DNA of 64,000 nt from Nitrospinales bacterium (GCA_023248535.1 JAHFEJ010000004.1:3012-67011), one strand, 5' to 3'; counted from the first letter of the stretch, positions 47,939-61,020 are shown. Notes: generated by a model not told the origin, from the sequence alone. Translations and numbers: made by a program.

Positions 47939-48051
47939 GTACGGGCAGGTTTGAAACCTGCCCGTACAAGCATCCGCCCCGCCGGGAGAAAGGAAAAAGA
48001 CAAGAGAGCTTTGAAAATATTTCTGGATCCCGGGTCAAGCCCGGGATGACA
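47939..48051. repeat. Family D REP and family B arm
   Basis: GTACGGGCAGGTTTGAAACCTGCCCGTAC 47939-47967; CTGGATCCCGGGTCAAGCCCGGGATGACA 48023-48051. Confidence 0.85.
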
Positions 48052-48057
48052 AAAAGA

Positions 48058-50235
48058 TCAGCGTTTTTCGGCGCGGCGGGCATCCATGATACGTTCGACG
48101 CTGCGGATGCCATCGAGGCCGCGCACCGTTTCCAATATCCGTTGCAGGTGATTGAGGTCTTCTATCTCGACCGTGAGATCCAGATCCCCCTCTATCGCGC
48201 TGGTGGCGGTGACGGTGGCGGATGCGATATTCGCTTCGCACCCGGCGATGGCGGCGGAGACCCGCGCCAAAATGCCGGGACGGTTGAGGCTCTTAATGAG
48301 GATGCGCACCGGGCGGAGCTGCTTTTTCGCGGCGGTCTCCCACCGGGCTTCGAGCAGCCGTTCGGGGTCGGCCTCCAGGGATTTAAGGGAGGGGCAACTT
48401 TTGGCGTGGATCACCAAGCCGTGCCCGGCCGAGATGTACCCCAAGATCGGGTCGCCCGGCACGGGGTTGCAGCAGCCGGCGAAGCGGATCAGCATGTCGT
48501 GGATATCGCCCACGCGCACCCCCAGGTTTTCGGTCACGCTGGCGATGTAGTTCTTGCGGCGGTTTTCGACCTCGCGCCATTTTTCGGCCGGGAGCAGCTT
48601 GTGCAGCACCGTGTAGGCCGATAGCGACGAGATGCCGATACGGTCGAGCATCACCTCGGCGTTTTTGAAACCGAGGGCCACGGCGGCGGCCTCCATCGTT
48701 TCTTTCGTCCAAAACGCCTTCAGGTCCAGCCCGTGGCGGCGCAGCTCGTTCTCCACGATCTCGTTCCCCAGCCGCAGCGATTCCACCTTCTGCGCGTTGC
48801 GCAGATACCCCTTTATCTTGGCGCGGCCGTGGGAGGTGACGGCGATCTTGAGCCAATCGCGCACCGGGTGCTGCTCGTTCGAGGTGAGCACCTCCACCAC
48901 GTCGCCGTTGCGCAGCTGGTAGTCGGGCGGCACCGGCTTGCCGTTCACCAGCGCGCCGAGGAAGTGGTTCCCCAACTGGGTGTGGATGCCGTAGGCGAAA
49001 TCGAGCGGGGTGGCCCCGGCGGGGAGCGCTTTCACCTCCTGCTTCGGGGTGAAGACGTAGACCTCGTTCGGAAAGAGGTCCATCTTGAGCGTGTCGATGA
49101 ACTCCTCGGAATTGTCGACGCTGAGGCCCAGGTCCAGCAGCCGCTTCACCCAGATGAAATTCTCGTCGTCCTTGGTGGGGGGGCGCTTCCCCTCTTTATA
49201 GCGGAAGTGCGCCGCCACGCCGTCTTCGCTGTTGCGGTGCATCTGGCTGGAGCGTATCTGGAATTCCACCCGCCGCCCGGTGTGCGTGAGCACGGTGGTG
49301 TGTATGCTCTGGTACATGTTCTCTTTCGGCAGCGCGATATAGTCCTTGAACTTGCCGGGGATCGGCTTCCACTTCGTGTGGACAAGCCCCAGCACCTTGT
49401 AGCAGTCGAGCAGGCTGTTGGTGATGATCCGCACGCCGATGAGATCGTATATCTGGTCGAAATCGAGGTTCTGTTCGGTCATCTTGCGGTAGATGCCGTA
49501 AAAATGCTTGAAGCGCCACGACACCTGCCCCATGATCTTTTCCATCAGCATCAGGTCGCGCGTTTGGGCGCAGAGGCTGGTGATGAATTTATCCAGCTCC
49601 TCCTGCCGCTCTTTCATCAGCCCCTCGATCCGCTTGTACTCGAACGGCATGAGGTACTTGAAGGCTATGTTCTCCAGCTCCACCTTGATCCAGTGCAGGC
49701 CCAGGCGGTTGGCCAGCGGGGCGTAGATATCCATCGTCTCCTGCGAGATGAATTTCTGTTTCTGCGGGGGGAGGAAATCGAGCGTCCGCATGTTATGGAG
49801 GCGGTCGGCCAGCTTGATGAGCACGACGCGGAGGTCGTTGCTCATGGCCAGGATCATCTTGCGGACGTTTTCGGCCTGCGATTCCTCTTTGCTGGCGAAG
49901 GTGAGGCGGCTGAGCTTGGTAAGCCCCTCCACCAGCAGCAGCACCTCCCCGCCGAAGATCGAGCGTATCTGGGCGGGATCGGCTTCGGTATCCTCCAGCG
50001 TGTCGTGCATCAGGGCGGCGGCGATGGCGGCGGGATCCATCTTCATTTTGGTGAGGATGAACGCCACCTGCATCGGGTGGCTCATATACGGCTCGCCGGA
50101 AAGGCGCACCTGCCCCTTGTGCGCCGCCGAGGCGAACGCGTAGGCCCCCAGTATCTTGTCCACCTCGGCGTCCGGCTGATATTCGCGGACGGCTTCGATG
50201 ATCTCCTCCAGGTGTATCGCCCGCAGCGCCTGCAT
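48058..50235 (-). CDS. rel: Bifunctional (p)ppGpp synthetase/hydrolase (RelA/SpoT homologue)
   Basis: H.GQ.R.SGEPY..HP, intact HD (HDTLEDT), KLADRLHNMRTL, KFKDYIA, EFQIR, TGS, CC.P.PGD, ACT domain. Confidence 0.96.
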   Translation of the reverse strand: MQALRAIHLEEIIEAVREYQPDAEVDKILGAYAFASAAHKGQVRLSGEPYMSHPMQVAFILTKMKMDPAAIAAALMHDTLEDTEADPAQIRSIFGGEVLLLVEGLTKLSRLTFASKEESQAENVRKMILAMSNDLRVVLIKLADRLHNMRTLDFLPPQKQKFISQETMDIYAPLANRLGLHWIKVELENIAFKYLMPFEYKRIEGLMKERQEELDKFITSLCAQTRDLMLMEKIMGQVSWRFKHFYGIYRKMTEQNLDFDQIYDLIGVRIITNSLLDCYKVLGLVHTKWKPIPGKFKDYIALPKENMYQSIHTTVLTHTGRRVEFQIRSSQMHRNSEDGVAAHFRYKEGKRPPTKDDENFIWVKRLLDLGLSVDNSEEFIDTLKMDLFPNEVYVFTPKQEVKALPAGATPLDFAYGIHTQLGNHFLGALVNGKPVPPDYQLRNGDVVEVLTSNEQHPVRDWLKIAVTSHGRAKIKGYLRNAQKVESLRLGNEIVENELRRHGLDLKAFWTKETMEAAAVALGFKNAEVMLDRIGISSLSAYTVLHKLLPAEKWREVENRRKNYIASVTENLGVRVGDIHDMLIRFAGCCNPVPGDPILGYISAGHGLVIHAKSCPSLKSLEADPERLLEARWETAAKKQLRPVRILIKSLNRPGILARVSAAIAGCEANIASATVTATSAIEGDLDLTVEIEDLNHLQRILETVRGLDGIRSVERIMDARRAEKR

Positions 50236-50627
50236 CAGATCACCTCTTCAGGCGTACGGGTCAGCCGCCGGGGGGAGGGGCCGTAAAAACAGGCGACCGT
50301 GATGTCGCCCGCGCCCCGGTTCACCATCGCGTGCGGGGCCCCTTTGGGGATTTTGACGGCGGCATTCCGCGGGCGGAGCGTTCTGTCGCGGCCGCCGTGG
50401 CGGACGACCACCGCGGCGCCGTCCCCTATGCAGATGAGATACTCGTCGTGATGCGGGTGGACGTGGTTTCCCCGCACCGCCCCCGGCTTCAGGGTGGCGA
50501 TATGGAAATCCTTGAGATTCCCCGCCTTGAGGCGGCTCGCCAACGCCGCCGCCATGGGAAACAGCACCATCCCGCGCGCATCCTTGAAAACGCGCGCTTT
50601 TATTATTTGCATCGATTTTTTCGGCAT
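50235..50627 (-). CDS. Cupin-domain protein (WxcM/sugar isomerase-like)
   Basis: D.RG, PG.VRGNH.H...E, IP.G.PH...N. Confidence 0.8.
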   Translation of the reverse strand: MPKKSMQIIKARVFKDARGMVLFPMAAALASRLKAGNLKDFHIATLKPGAVRGNHVHPHHDEYLICIGDGAAVVVRHGGRDRTLRPRNAAVKIPKGAPHAMVNRGAGDITVACFYGPSPRRLTRTPEEVI

Positions 50628-50671
50628 AATTTCTTTCCAAACCCAAAGAGTGTGCATATATAATAGCCGCC

Positions 50672-53338
<2,667 letters not shown>

Positions 53339-53350
53339 CCGCGCCTTTCA

Positions 53351-53499
53351 TGTCATGCCGGTCTTGAACCGGCACCCAGAAATACTTTCAAAACTTCTTG
53401 GCGCTACGCGCCAATGTACATGCTCTCAGCATGTACCCACCCCGGGGAAAAGAAAGTTTTGAAAATATGTCTGGATCCCGCATCAAGTGCGGGATGACA
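53351..53499. repeat. Composite repeat: family B inverted pair enclosing a family A module
   Basis: Arms at 53351-53379 and 53471-53499; internal TTGGCGCTACGCGCCAA and GTACATGCTCTCAGCATGTAC-CCAC. Confidence 0.87.
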
Positions 53500-53502
53500 G
53501 CT

Positions 53503-55392
53503 CTAGATGTCGGCTTCGAAGCCGGCGGCGTTTTCGGTGATGAACTTGAAGCGGGCCTGCACGTCGCGCCCCATCAGGTCGCTGAAGGCCTTGTCGGTCT
53601 CTTCCGCATCGACCAGCATCACCTGCAGGAGGGTGCGCTTTGATTTATCCATGGTGGTCTCTTTCAGCACCGTCACCGGCATTTCCCCCAGCCCTTTGAA
53701 GCGCGAGACCTCCAGCTTCCGGTTTTTGTGCTTCGCCATCACCTGTTCTTTTTCGGCGTCGTCGGCGGCGTAGATCACCTCGTCCTTGCCCATCGTGATG
53801 CGGTAGAGCGGCGGCTGGCTGAGGTAGATGTGGCCGTGATCGATGAGCGGCCTCATGTTGCGGTAAAAGAACGTGAGCAGCAGGGCGCTGATGTGCGCGC
53901 CGTCCACGTCGGCGTCGGTCATGATGATGATCTTGCTGTAGCGCAGCTTGTCCAGGTCGAACGCCGCGCCGATGCCGGTGCCGATGCTGAGCATCAGCGC
54001 CTGTATTTCGGCGTTGGCCTGCAGCTTGGCGTCGGCCGCGCTTTCGACGTTCAGTATCTTTCCGCGCAGCGGGAGGATGGCCTGCGTTTTGCGGTCGCGG
54101 GCCTGCTTGCTGCTGCCGCCGGCGCTGTCGCCTTCCACGATGAACAGTTCGCACTCATCGGGGCTGGCGCTGGAGCAATCGGCCAGCTTGCCCGGCAGCG
54201 TGAGGCGGTGCGACACCAGCCCCTTGCGGTGCACCTCTTCCCGCGCGGCGCGGCTGGCCATGCGGGCGCGGGCGGCCAGCTCCACGCGGGCGATGACGGC
54301 GTCGGCCACGGTGGGATTTTCCAGCAGGTACTTTTCAAACGCGGGACGGACGGCGCTTTCCACCTGGCCGGCCACTTCCACGTTGTTCAGCTTGTCTTTC
54401 GTCTGCCCCTGGAACTGCGGCTGGCCCACCAGCACGCTCAGGATGCAGGTAAGCCCTTCGCGCACGTCGTCCGCCGTGACCGGCGGCGCCTTCCCTTTCG
54501 GCAGCTTGCGCTCCATCGCGTCGCGCACGGTCTTCACCAGCGCGCTCCGCAGTCCGGCCTCGTGCGTGCCGCCGTCGCCGGTGGCGATGCTGTTGCAGTA
54601 GCTTTCCATGCGGCTTTCGGTTTTCTCGGTCCACTGGAAGGCCGCCTCCACCTTGATGGGGGAGGTTACGCTTACGAAGAACGGGGCGGGCATCACCCCT
54701 TTTTGCGCGCCGAGCACCTTGTTGATGTAGTCCAGAATGCCGTTCTCGTAGAAATAGCTCTTGGTTTCCTTGGTACGGCGGTCGGTGACGCTGATCTTCA
54801 GCCCCTTGTTGATGAAGGCCTTGGATTCGGCCCGGTCGCAGATGGTCTTGAAATTGAATTTCAGCTTGCCGAATATCTCGTGGTCGGTGACAAAGTGCTG
54901 GGACGTTCCGTGCGCGCGCGTCGCCTCGCCTTTCCGCAGCTTGGTTTTCGCGACGCCGCGGCTGAACTCCTGATGCCAGGTGTAGCCATCGCGCTTCACC
55001 TCCACCTCCAGCTTTTCGGAGAGCGCGTTCACCACGCTAATGCCGACGCCGTGCAGGCCGCCAGAGGAGGAATAGTTCTTGTTGTGGAACTTGCCCCCGG
55101 CGTGCAGCGTGCACATGATGATCTCAAGCGCCGGTTTTTTGAATTTGGGATGCAAGTCGACCGGTATGCCGCGGCCGTCGTCGGAGACCTTCACCGCGTT
55201 GTCGGCGGTGATCTCTATCTCGATGTGGGTGGCGTAGCCGTTGATCGCCTCGTCCACCGAGTTGTCGACCGCCTCCCACACCAGATGGTGCAGGCCGGTG
55301 CTGTCGGTGCCGCCGATGTACATGCCGGGGCGCACCCGGACCGGCTCCAGCCCTTCCAGTACCGTTATGTCTTCGGCGGTATACTTACCCAC
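53503..55392 (-). CDS. parE: Type IIA topoisomerase B subunit (ParE-like)
   Basis: [51 protein letters not shown]; 629 aa. Confidence 0.85.
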   Translation of the reverse strand: MGKYTAEDITVLEGLEPVRVRPGMYIGGTDSTGLHHLVWEAVDNSVDEAINGYATHIEIEITADNAVKVSDDGRGIPVDLHPKFKKPALEIIMCTLHAGGKFHNKNYSSSGGLHGVGISVVNALSEKLEVEVKRDGYTWHQEFSRGVAKTKLRKGEATRAHGTSQHFVTDHEIFGKLKFNFKTICDRAESKAFINKGLKISVTDRRTKETKSYFYENGILDYINKVLGAQKGVMPAPFFVSVTSPIKVEAAFQWTEKTESRMESYCNSIATGDGGTHEAGLRSALVKTVRDAMERKLPKGKAPPVTADDVREGLTCILSVLVGQPQFQGQTKDKLNNVEVAGQVESAVRPAFEKYLLENPTVADAVIARVELAARARMASRAAREEVHRKGLVSHRLTLPGKLADCSSASPDECELFIVEGDSAGGSSKQARDRKTQAILPLRGKILNVESAADAKLQANAEIQALMLSIGTGIGAAFDLDKLRYSKIIIMTDADVDGAHISALLLTFFYRNMRPLIDHGHIYLSQPPLYRITMGKDEVIYAADDAEKEQVMAKHKNRKLEVSRFKGLGEMPVTVLKETTMDKSKRTLLQVMLVDAEETDKAFSDLMGRDVQARFKFITENAAGFEADI

Positions 55393-57655
55393 GCGCCACC
55401 CCTATCAGTTTCTTTTTGCCGGCGCCGCCGTATACGCGGCCGGCTTGCGCCCGCTGCCCCATATCCATGCCGCCCACTTTTTCCACCGCGTCTTTGCCGC
55501 CGTCGAACATGAAGGTGAGGGTGTTTGCCTTGTTCACCACTTTGGCGGCGATGATAACGTCCTTTGCGTCCATCTTGATGAGCTTCACCCCGGCGCCGGG
55601 GCCGGTGAGAAGCGGAATTTCCTCCACGGGGAAGAGCAGCCCCTTGCCGCCATTGTGGGCGGTATAGAGGTACTGGCCGTCCACCGGCAATACGTCGAAC
55701 ACGGCGTTGTCTTCCTTCACGTTGGCGTATTTGCGGCCCGCCTTGGTGGTTTCGGTAACGGCGGCGCGGGCAAAGCGCAGTCCCATGCCGTTCTCCAGCA
55801 CCGCCACGTATTCCCCTTTCGGCTCCGCCCCGCTCCGGATGTGGTCGAAGTGATCCACCGCCACCACCCGCTCGCCGTCGCCGAACTTGAAGAAGCTCTG
55901 CACCGGCTCGCCGAAGCCGGTGGTGGAGGGGAGGTCGTACGCCTTCACGGTGTACACCTTTCCGGCGGAGGTGAAAAAGCCGATGTGCTCGGCGGTATCG
56001 GCCGGCAGCACTTTCAACAGCGCGTCCCCTTCCTTGAAGCGGAGCTGCCCTTCGTTCGGCTCGTTCTTCATCCGCTTCACCCAACCGTTGCGGCTGATGA
56101 CGACGAAGCACTTCTCATGCTGGATGAAATCGTCGGCGGTGAAAGCCTCTTCCTCCGCCCCCGCTTCCAACCTGGTGCGGCGCTTGTCGCCGTATTCGTT
56201 CTTCACGTCGAGCAGCTCTTTTTTCACCAGGCCGCGCAGCTTCACCTTGCTCTTCAGGATGTCCTCTATCATCTCGCGGCGGACCTCCAGCTCGGCGGCC
56301 TCCAGCTTGATCTTCTGTATCTCCATCGAGACCAGCGCGGCCAGCCGCAGGTCGAGGATGGCGTTGGCCTGCACCTCGTCCAGCCGGAAGTGCTTCATCA
56401 GCCCGGTGCGGGCCTCATCGCGCGTTTTGCTTTTGCGGATGATGGCGATGGCGGCATCGAGGTCCTTCAGCACGGTGGTGAGCGCGCGCAGGATGTGCAG
56501 CCGCTCCAGGATATTGTTCAGCTCGTGGCGCAGGCGCTTTTCGGTGGTCTCCACGCGGAAGGCGATGAAGGTAAGCAGCATCTCGGCCAGGCCCATGCGG
56601 CGCGGCGCCCCTTTGGGGTCGAGCGCGGTCATGTTGACGGCGAAGTTGTATTCCAGATCGGTGTACTTGTAAAGGAACGCCATGATCTTGGCGATGTCGG
56701 AACCGGCCTTCGGTTCCAGCACCACGCGGATGACCTCGGTGCTTTCGTCGCGCACGTCGGCCAGCTGCGGCAGCTTCTTTTCGATGATGAGACCGGCGAT
56801 CTTTTCCACCAGCTTCGCCTTGTTCACGGTGTAGGGGATGCTGGTGATGACGATCTGCTGCTTGCCGCGCTTGGCGTCCTCCACCTCGTACTCGCCGCGG
56901 ATGCGGATGGAGCCGCGCCCCTCTTCGTAGATGGCGCGCAGCTCTTTTTTGGTGGCCAGCATCGTCGCGCCGGTGGGGAAATCCGGCCCCTTGATGTATT
57001 TTTGCAGTGCGGCGGTGTTGAGTCCGGCGTCGTCGATAAGCGCCACGAGGGCGTCTATCACCTCGTTCATGTTGTGCGGCGGGATGTTCGTCGCCATGCC
57101 GACCGCAATGCCGGAACTTCCGTTCACCAGCAGGTTGGGGAAACGGCTGGGCAAAAAGACCGGCTCTTCCAACGTGGCGTCGTAGTTGGGGCGGAACGGC
57201 ACCGTATCCTGCTCTATCTCCTTCAGCAGCTCCATCGCCAGCGGGCGGAGGCGCGCCTCGGTGTAACGCATGGCGGCGGCGGAATCGCCGTCGATGGAGC
57301 CGAAATTCCCCTGCCCGTCGATAAGCGGATAGCGGAGCGAGAAATCCTGCGCGAGGCGGACGAGCGTATCGTACGCGGCCTGGTCGCCGTGCGGGTGGTA
57401 TTTGCCCAACACCTCGCCGACGATGGCGGCGGATTTGCGGTAACGGTTTTCGGGCGTGAGGCGCATCCGGTACATGGCGTAGAGGATGCGTCGGTGAACC
57501 GGCTTGAGGCCGTCGCGCACATCCGGCAGGGCGCGGGCGGCGATGGTGCTAACGGCGTAGCTGAGGAAGCGCTGGCGCAGTTCGCCTTTGAGATCGGTAT
57601 GCTGTATATCGTCGCCTGCTCCGCCCGCGAGCGCAAGTTGTTGTTTCTTACTCAT
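55385..57655 (-). CDS. parC: Type IIA topoisomerase A subunit (ParC-like)
   Basis: [29 protein letters not shown] active Tyr; short CTD with no QRRGGKG GyrA-box. Confidence 0.85.
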   Translation of the reverse strand: MSKKQQLALAGGAGDDIQHTDLKGELRQRFLSYAVSTIAARALPDVRDGLKPVHRRILYAMYRMRLTPENRYRKSAAIVGEVLGKYHPHGDQAAYDTLVRLAQDFSLRYPLIDGQGNFGSIDGDSAAAMRYTEARLRPLAMELLKEIEQDTVPFRPNYDATLEEPVFLPSRFPNLLVNGSSGIAVGMATNIPPHNMNEVIDALVALIDDAGLNTAALQKYIKGPDFPTGATMLATKKELRAIYEEGRGSIRIRGEYEVEDAKRGKQQIVITSIPYTVNKAKLVEKIAGLIIEKKLPQLADVRDESTEVIRVVLEPKAGSDIAKIMAFLYKYTDLEYNFAVNMTALDPKGAPRRMGLAEMLLTFIAFRVETTEKRLRHELNNILERLHILRALTTVLKDLDAAIAIIRKSKTRDEARTGLMKHFRLDEVQANAILDLRLAALVSMEIQKIKLEAAELEVRREMIEDILKSKVKLRGLVKKELLDVKNEYGDKRRTRLEAGAEEEAFTADDFIQHEKCFVVISRNGWVKRMKNEPNEGQLRFKEGDALLKVLPADTAEHIGFFTSAGKVYTVKAYDLPSTTGFGEPVQSFFKFGDGERVVAVDHFDHIRSGAEPKGEYVAVLENGMGLRFARAAVTETTKAGRKYANVKEDNAVFDVLPVDGQYLYTAHNGGKGLLFPVEEIPLLTGPGAGVKLIKMDAKDVIIAAKVVNKANTLTFMFDGGKDAVEKVGGMDMGQRAQAGRVYGGAGKKKLIGVARG

Positions 57656-57756
57656 TGGAGAAAAGAAATAACAGATTTCGCCTTAAAATGGAAGCGGTAT
57701 AAATAGATATATGCGAATTAATGTGTTTTTATTGGTTGAATTCGTCTCCTTGCTTG

Positions 57757-57991
57757 GTGGGTACCCAATTCTTTATTGGTGGGTACCCAATTCATTGGGT
57801 ACATCATGCCACAAGGCAGGACTTTCCCCTTGGCGCTGGCGCGCCAACGTACACATTAAAATGTGTACCTACCCGGAAAAGCCCCTCTCTTGGTCTCGGT
57901 GGGACGGACACTCCTGTCCGTCATCGGCTCGCAGGGCCGACTCTCTATTGGCGCTGGCGCGCCAACGTACACATTAAAATGTGTACCCACC
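57757..57991. repeat. REPIN cluster downstream of the RAYT
   Basis: GTGG-GTACCCAATTCATTGGGTAC, GTGG-GACGGACACTCCTGTCCGTC, two copies of TTGGCGCTGGCGCGCCAACGTACACATTAAAATGTGTACC. Confidence 0.9.
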
Positions 57992-57995
57992 GGCA

Positions 57996-58487
57996 TCAAG
58001 GCAACATATTTTCATTTACAATCAGCCACGGGTAATCTTGCGGCCTTTCCGCAAGACCGGCACGAACCGCATTCCCCCGTATATACTCATATTTATCCAG
58101 CCATTCATCTTCATTCCGCACTATCCTGTCGTAGGACTCCTTCTGCCAGCAAGAACCGGTACGCTTGAGCAATCTGTTGACCGGGTGCGATGTTTTGCCT
58201 TTTATGGTTTTTAGAATGCCGGTCAGCGAATAAAATAACCCTGCCGCTTTCTCCAGCGGTCTTATCAAAAGATGTATGTGATCGGGCATAATAACGCCTA
58301 TTGAAACATCGTACTTGCTCCGCGCACCTTCAAGTACCGCCAATCGAACAATGTCACGCCCCGCCTCCGGCAACAAAAATCCTTTTGTGCGGAAGGTGAC
58401 AAAGTACCACATGCCCCCTTGCTGCCAATGAGGGAGCTTCCGGTGGGTGATCGTTACATCGGTTGCGGTAATGTTCCGCTTCGGCAT
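57996..58487 (-). mobile_element. REP-associated tyrosine transposase (RAYT/TnpA-REP, IS200/IS605 Y1 fold)
   Basis: RKLPH, YFVTF.T, MPDHIHLL (HUH), K..T, WQ.ESYDR.VR, YI..N.V.AGL...P.DYPW; flanked by REPs on both sides. Confidence 0.92.
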
Positions 58488-58513
58488 AAGCCGATGATAA
58501 CATTTCTTCCCTG

Positions 58514-58939
58514 CTCGGTGGGTATCCAATTTTTTATTAGGTGGGTACCCAATTCATTGGGTATATCGGCCCAACGGGCCGACTCTCTCTTGGCGCGTTG
58601 CGCCAATGTACACAATAAATTGTGTACCTACCCGGATGCTCGGTGGGTACCCATTTTAATGGGTACTTCGGCCCAACGGGCCGACTCTCTCTTGGCGCGT
58701 TGCGCCAATGTACACAATAAATTGTGTACCTACCCGGATGCTCGGTGGGTACCTATTTTAATGGGTACTTCGGCCCAACGGGCCGACTCTCTCTTGGCGC
58801 TTTGCGCCAATGTACACAATAAATTGTGTACCTACCCGGATGCTCGGTGGGTACCCATTTTAATGGGTACATTGGCGCAAAGCGCCAAGAAGGTGTCATA
58901 CCTGACGGCATGATGTACACAATAAATTGTGTACCTACC
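58514..58939. repeat. Tandem array of 102-bp REPIN units (about 3.5-4 copies)
   Basis: CGGCCCAACGGGCCGA at 58567, 58669, 58771; CTCGGTGGGTAC at 58639, 58741, 58843; near-identical units. Confidence 0.93.
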
Positions 58940-58953
58940 GGGGAAGCGGGAAT

Positions 58954-58987
58954 AAAAAAAGGGGCTTGGGTTGAACCCAAGCCCCTT
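58954..58987 (-). terminator. Rho-independent terminator of the cyc2-like gene
   Basis: AAGGGGCTTGGG-TTGAA-CCCAAGCCCCTT stem with A7 on the left. Confidence 0.8.
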
Positions 58988-59010
58988 GTATGACGAATTA
59001 AGCGTTCTGG

Positions 59011-60234
59011 TTAGAACACGTATTCGAGCATTACGATCATCTTGCTTTCGAACGGCTTCGCATCGCCGGAGGCGTTGCAGACGTCGATGGTCAGGTCGAC
59101 GTTCTGAGCAACCGCCCACCAGCCGCCGATGAAGGTGGCGGTGTAAGCATTGCGGGTAGCCGCGCCGTTGTCAAACGAACCGAAGCCAGCTTTCAAACCG
59201 GCATGGTGGGTGATGCCGAGTTCGGCGCCAACGCTGAAACCTTTGTTGTCTTTGCCGGTTGCGTTGTAGATCGACTGCGCATCGCTCTTGACGGTTGCGT
59301 AGTTGGCGATCACTTCCAGGCTCATGCCGGCAACCGGCATCTGGAGCTGGCCATCGACCATCATCGAGTCGGACGCAATTTCGGTGTCGGTGCCGGCCGC
59401 GGTGCCGGGGAAATTGCGGATCTTGGTTTTGCCGCTGGTCAAGGACACGCCAACCGCCAAGTCCATATCGCCGATCTTCGGGGTGATCGCGGCGCGGATG
59501 TAGTTGGAAAGGTTGAAGCCGACGTCGTAGTTACCACCGGTTGCGGTACCGCTGAAAGAGGATGCCGCCGGAGCAAAGAGGGAGACGTTCACGAAGAACA
59601 TGTCGCTGCCGGCGAAGAAGCCAAGGCCCTGCGCACCGTTGTTCCACGGACCGTTCATCGCGGCGCGGGGGTGCCACTGGGTGACTTCGTAACCGAACTG
59701 ATTCCGCTGGTTACCGGTCTGGAAGAGCTCCATACCGTACGCCGGGCCGGCATCAGCAGTCGAGAACACGGTCAAACCGCCGCGTACCCCGCCAAAGTCT
59801 TTGGAGAAGACGAACTTGTTGTTCGGCATATGGCCGTCGCCGGAGAATTCGTTCAACGCGCCCATGTTTTCGCCAACGCGGCCGCCGATCAGGATCGCCG
59901 CCTCGTCGGGGATGTTCCACTCGCCGTACTTTTTGCCGGTTGCTTCGGGGCTCTGGTTGACGAGGCGGATTTTCACGACCACCGCGGCGTTGAGAACCGG
60001 GGGAAGGGAAAGGCCGTCATCCTGGATAAGATCCTGCGCGGCCTGGGTAAAGCCGCCCAGTTTGAAATCGCGGCCGAAAGCGTTGAGCTTCGGGATGTGC
60101 TGGTAATGGCACGAGTAGCAGGGCACGCCGACCTGGCGCGCGAAGGCCGGAACGGCTTCCGCTTTGGTGGGGGCCACGATCGCGCCAACAAGGGCAACCG
60201 CCGCCGCAAGGAACAACATTGAAAACTTCTTCAT
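59011..60234 (-). CDS. cyc2: Cyc2-like fused monoheme cytochrome c-porin
   Basis: Signal peptide, then VPAFARQVGVPCYSCH..H.P.LNAFGR.FK.GG.T (single CxxCH), PDEAA...GGRV.EN.G, beta-barrel ending in Phe; SD GAGGAGG. Confidence 0.85.
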   Translation of the reverse strand: MKKFSMLFLAAAVALVGAIVAPTKAEAVPAFARQVGVPCYSCHYQHIPKLNAFGRDFKLGGFTQAAQDLIQDDGLSLPPVLNAAVVVKIRLVNQSPEATGKKYGEWNIPDEAAILIGGRVGENMGALNEFSGDGHMPNNKFVFSKDFGGVRGGLTVFSTADAGPAYGMELFQTGNQRNQFGYEVTQWHPRAAMNGPWNNGAQGLGFFAGSDMFFVNVSLFAPAASSFSGTATGGNYDVGFNLSNYIRAAITPKIGDMDLAVGVSLTSGKTKIRNFPGTAAGTDTEIASDSMMVDGQLQMPVAGMSLEVIANYATVKSDAQSIYNATGKDNKGFSVGAELGITHHAGLKAGFGSFDNGAATRNAYTATFIGGWWAVAQNVDLTIDVCNASGDAKPFESKMIVMLEYVF

Positions 60235-60464
60235 TTAAAAACCTCCTCGAATAATTCCTGTCTAAGGATTAACCACTGTTTAATGCGCCTGTTTGTTCTT
60301 CAGTTTTCCGGCTGGCCCAGGCTTGCCGCACCGCAACAACGCCCACCTCCTTATTGCTTCAATTTTTTTTTACTGTTGCTTTTAAGGCTCCCTCTCCCTT
60401 TAACAATCGGCACACCGCGCTTGGCGCAACGTGCCAGTTGGTAACTAAACCGCAAACTTGAGCG

Positions 60465-60494
60465 ATACTACCAAAATTACCAAGGCCCTGTCAA
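60465..60494 (-). promoter_or_regulatory. Sigma70 promoter upstream of the cyc2-like gene
   Basis: Minus strand TTGACA-N18-TAGTAT with an extended TG. Confidence 0.65.
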
Positions 60495-60743
60495 CTTTTT
60501 AAGGGGCTTGCATAATCCAATCCGTTACCCAAAAGTGGCAGGCCGTTCAAAGGCTTTATTCCCCCCCGGGAATCAAAGCCAAGCCATCCGGGGCGGATAC
60601 CCGTTTTTGCGGCATCCGGCATGGGGATAAACTTCCCTTTTTCGTGCGCCCTCACCCCTTTAGGCCATGCACACGGGTGCAGTATACCGTAATTACCGTC
60701 AAAACCGCATGAAAAAACTTTGGGGTGGTTAAAGGGGGCAGCA

Positions 60744-60846
60744 AACCACAGAGCCACAAAGACACAGAGAAATCTGTTTAGTAAAGGCACAATAAAATAT
60801 GGCAAGAGGCTTGTTTTGCAACTCTGTGTCTCTGAGCCTCTGTGGT
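60744..60846. repeat. Family C inverted repeat
   Basis: AACCACAGAGCCACAAAGACACAGAG ... CTCTGTGTCTCTGAGCCTCTGTGGT. Confidence 0.82.
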
Positions 60847-60883
60847 CATATCCATACACAGAAATGCCGCAAGGCATGACCCC

Positions 60884-61020
60884 TCTTGGCGCTAACGCGC
60901 CAATGTACACAATGAATTGTGTACCTACCCGGAAAAGACCAGCCGGATGCTTGGTGGGTACCCAATTTATTGGGTACATCGGCCCGCAGGGCCGACTCTC
61001 TCTTGGCGCTGGCGCGGCAA
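60884..61020. repeat. REPIN (family A) modules
   Basis: GTACACAATGAATTGTGTAC-CTAC, GTGG-GTACCCAATTTATTGGGTAC, ATCGGCCCGCAGGGCCGACTCTCTCTTGGCGC. Confidence 0.88.

Noticed and set aside
58419-58913. 164-aa ORF with 34-aa repeats
   Set aside because: Translation of the 102-bp DNA repeat; overlaps the RAYT start on the opposite strand
58514-58939. CRISPR array
   Set aside because: Whole 102-bp units are near-identical with no unique spacers, there are no cas genes, and the units are REP modules found throughout the window next to a RAYT
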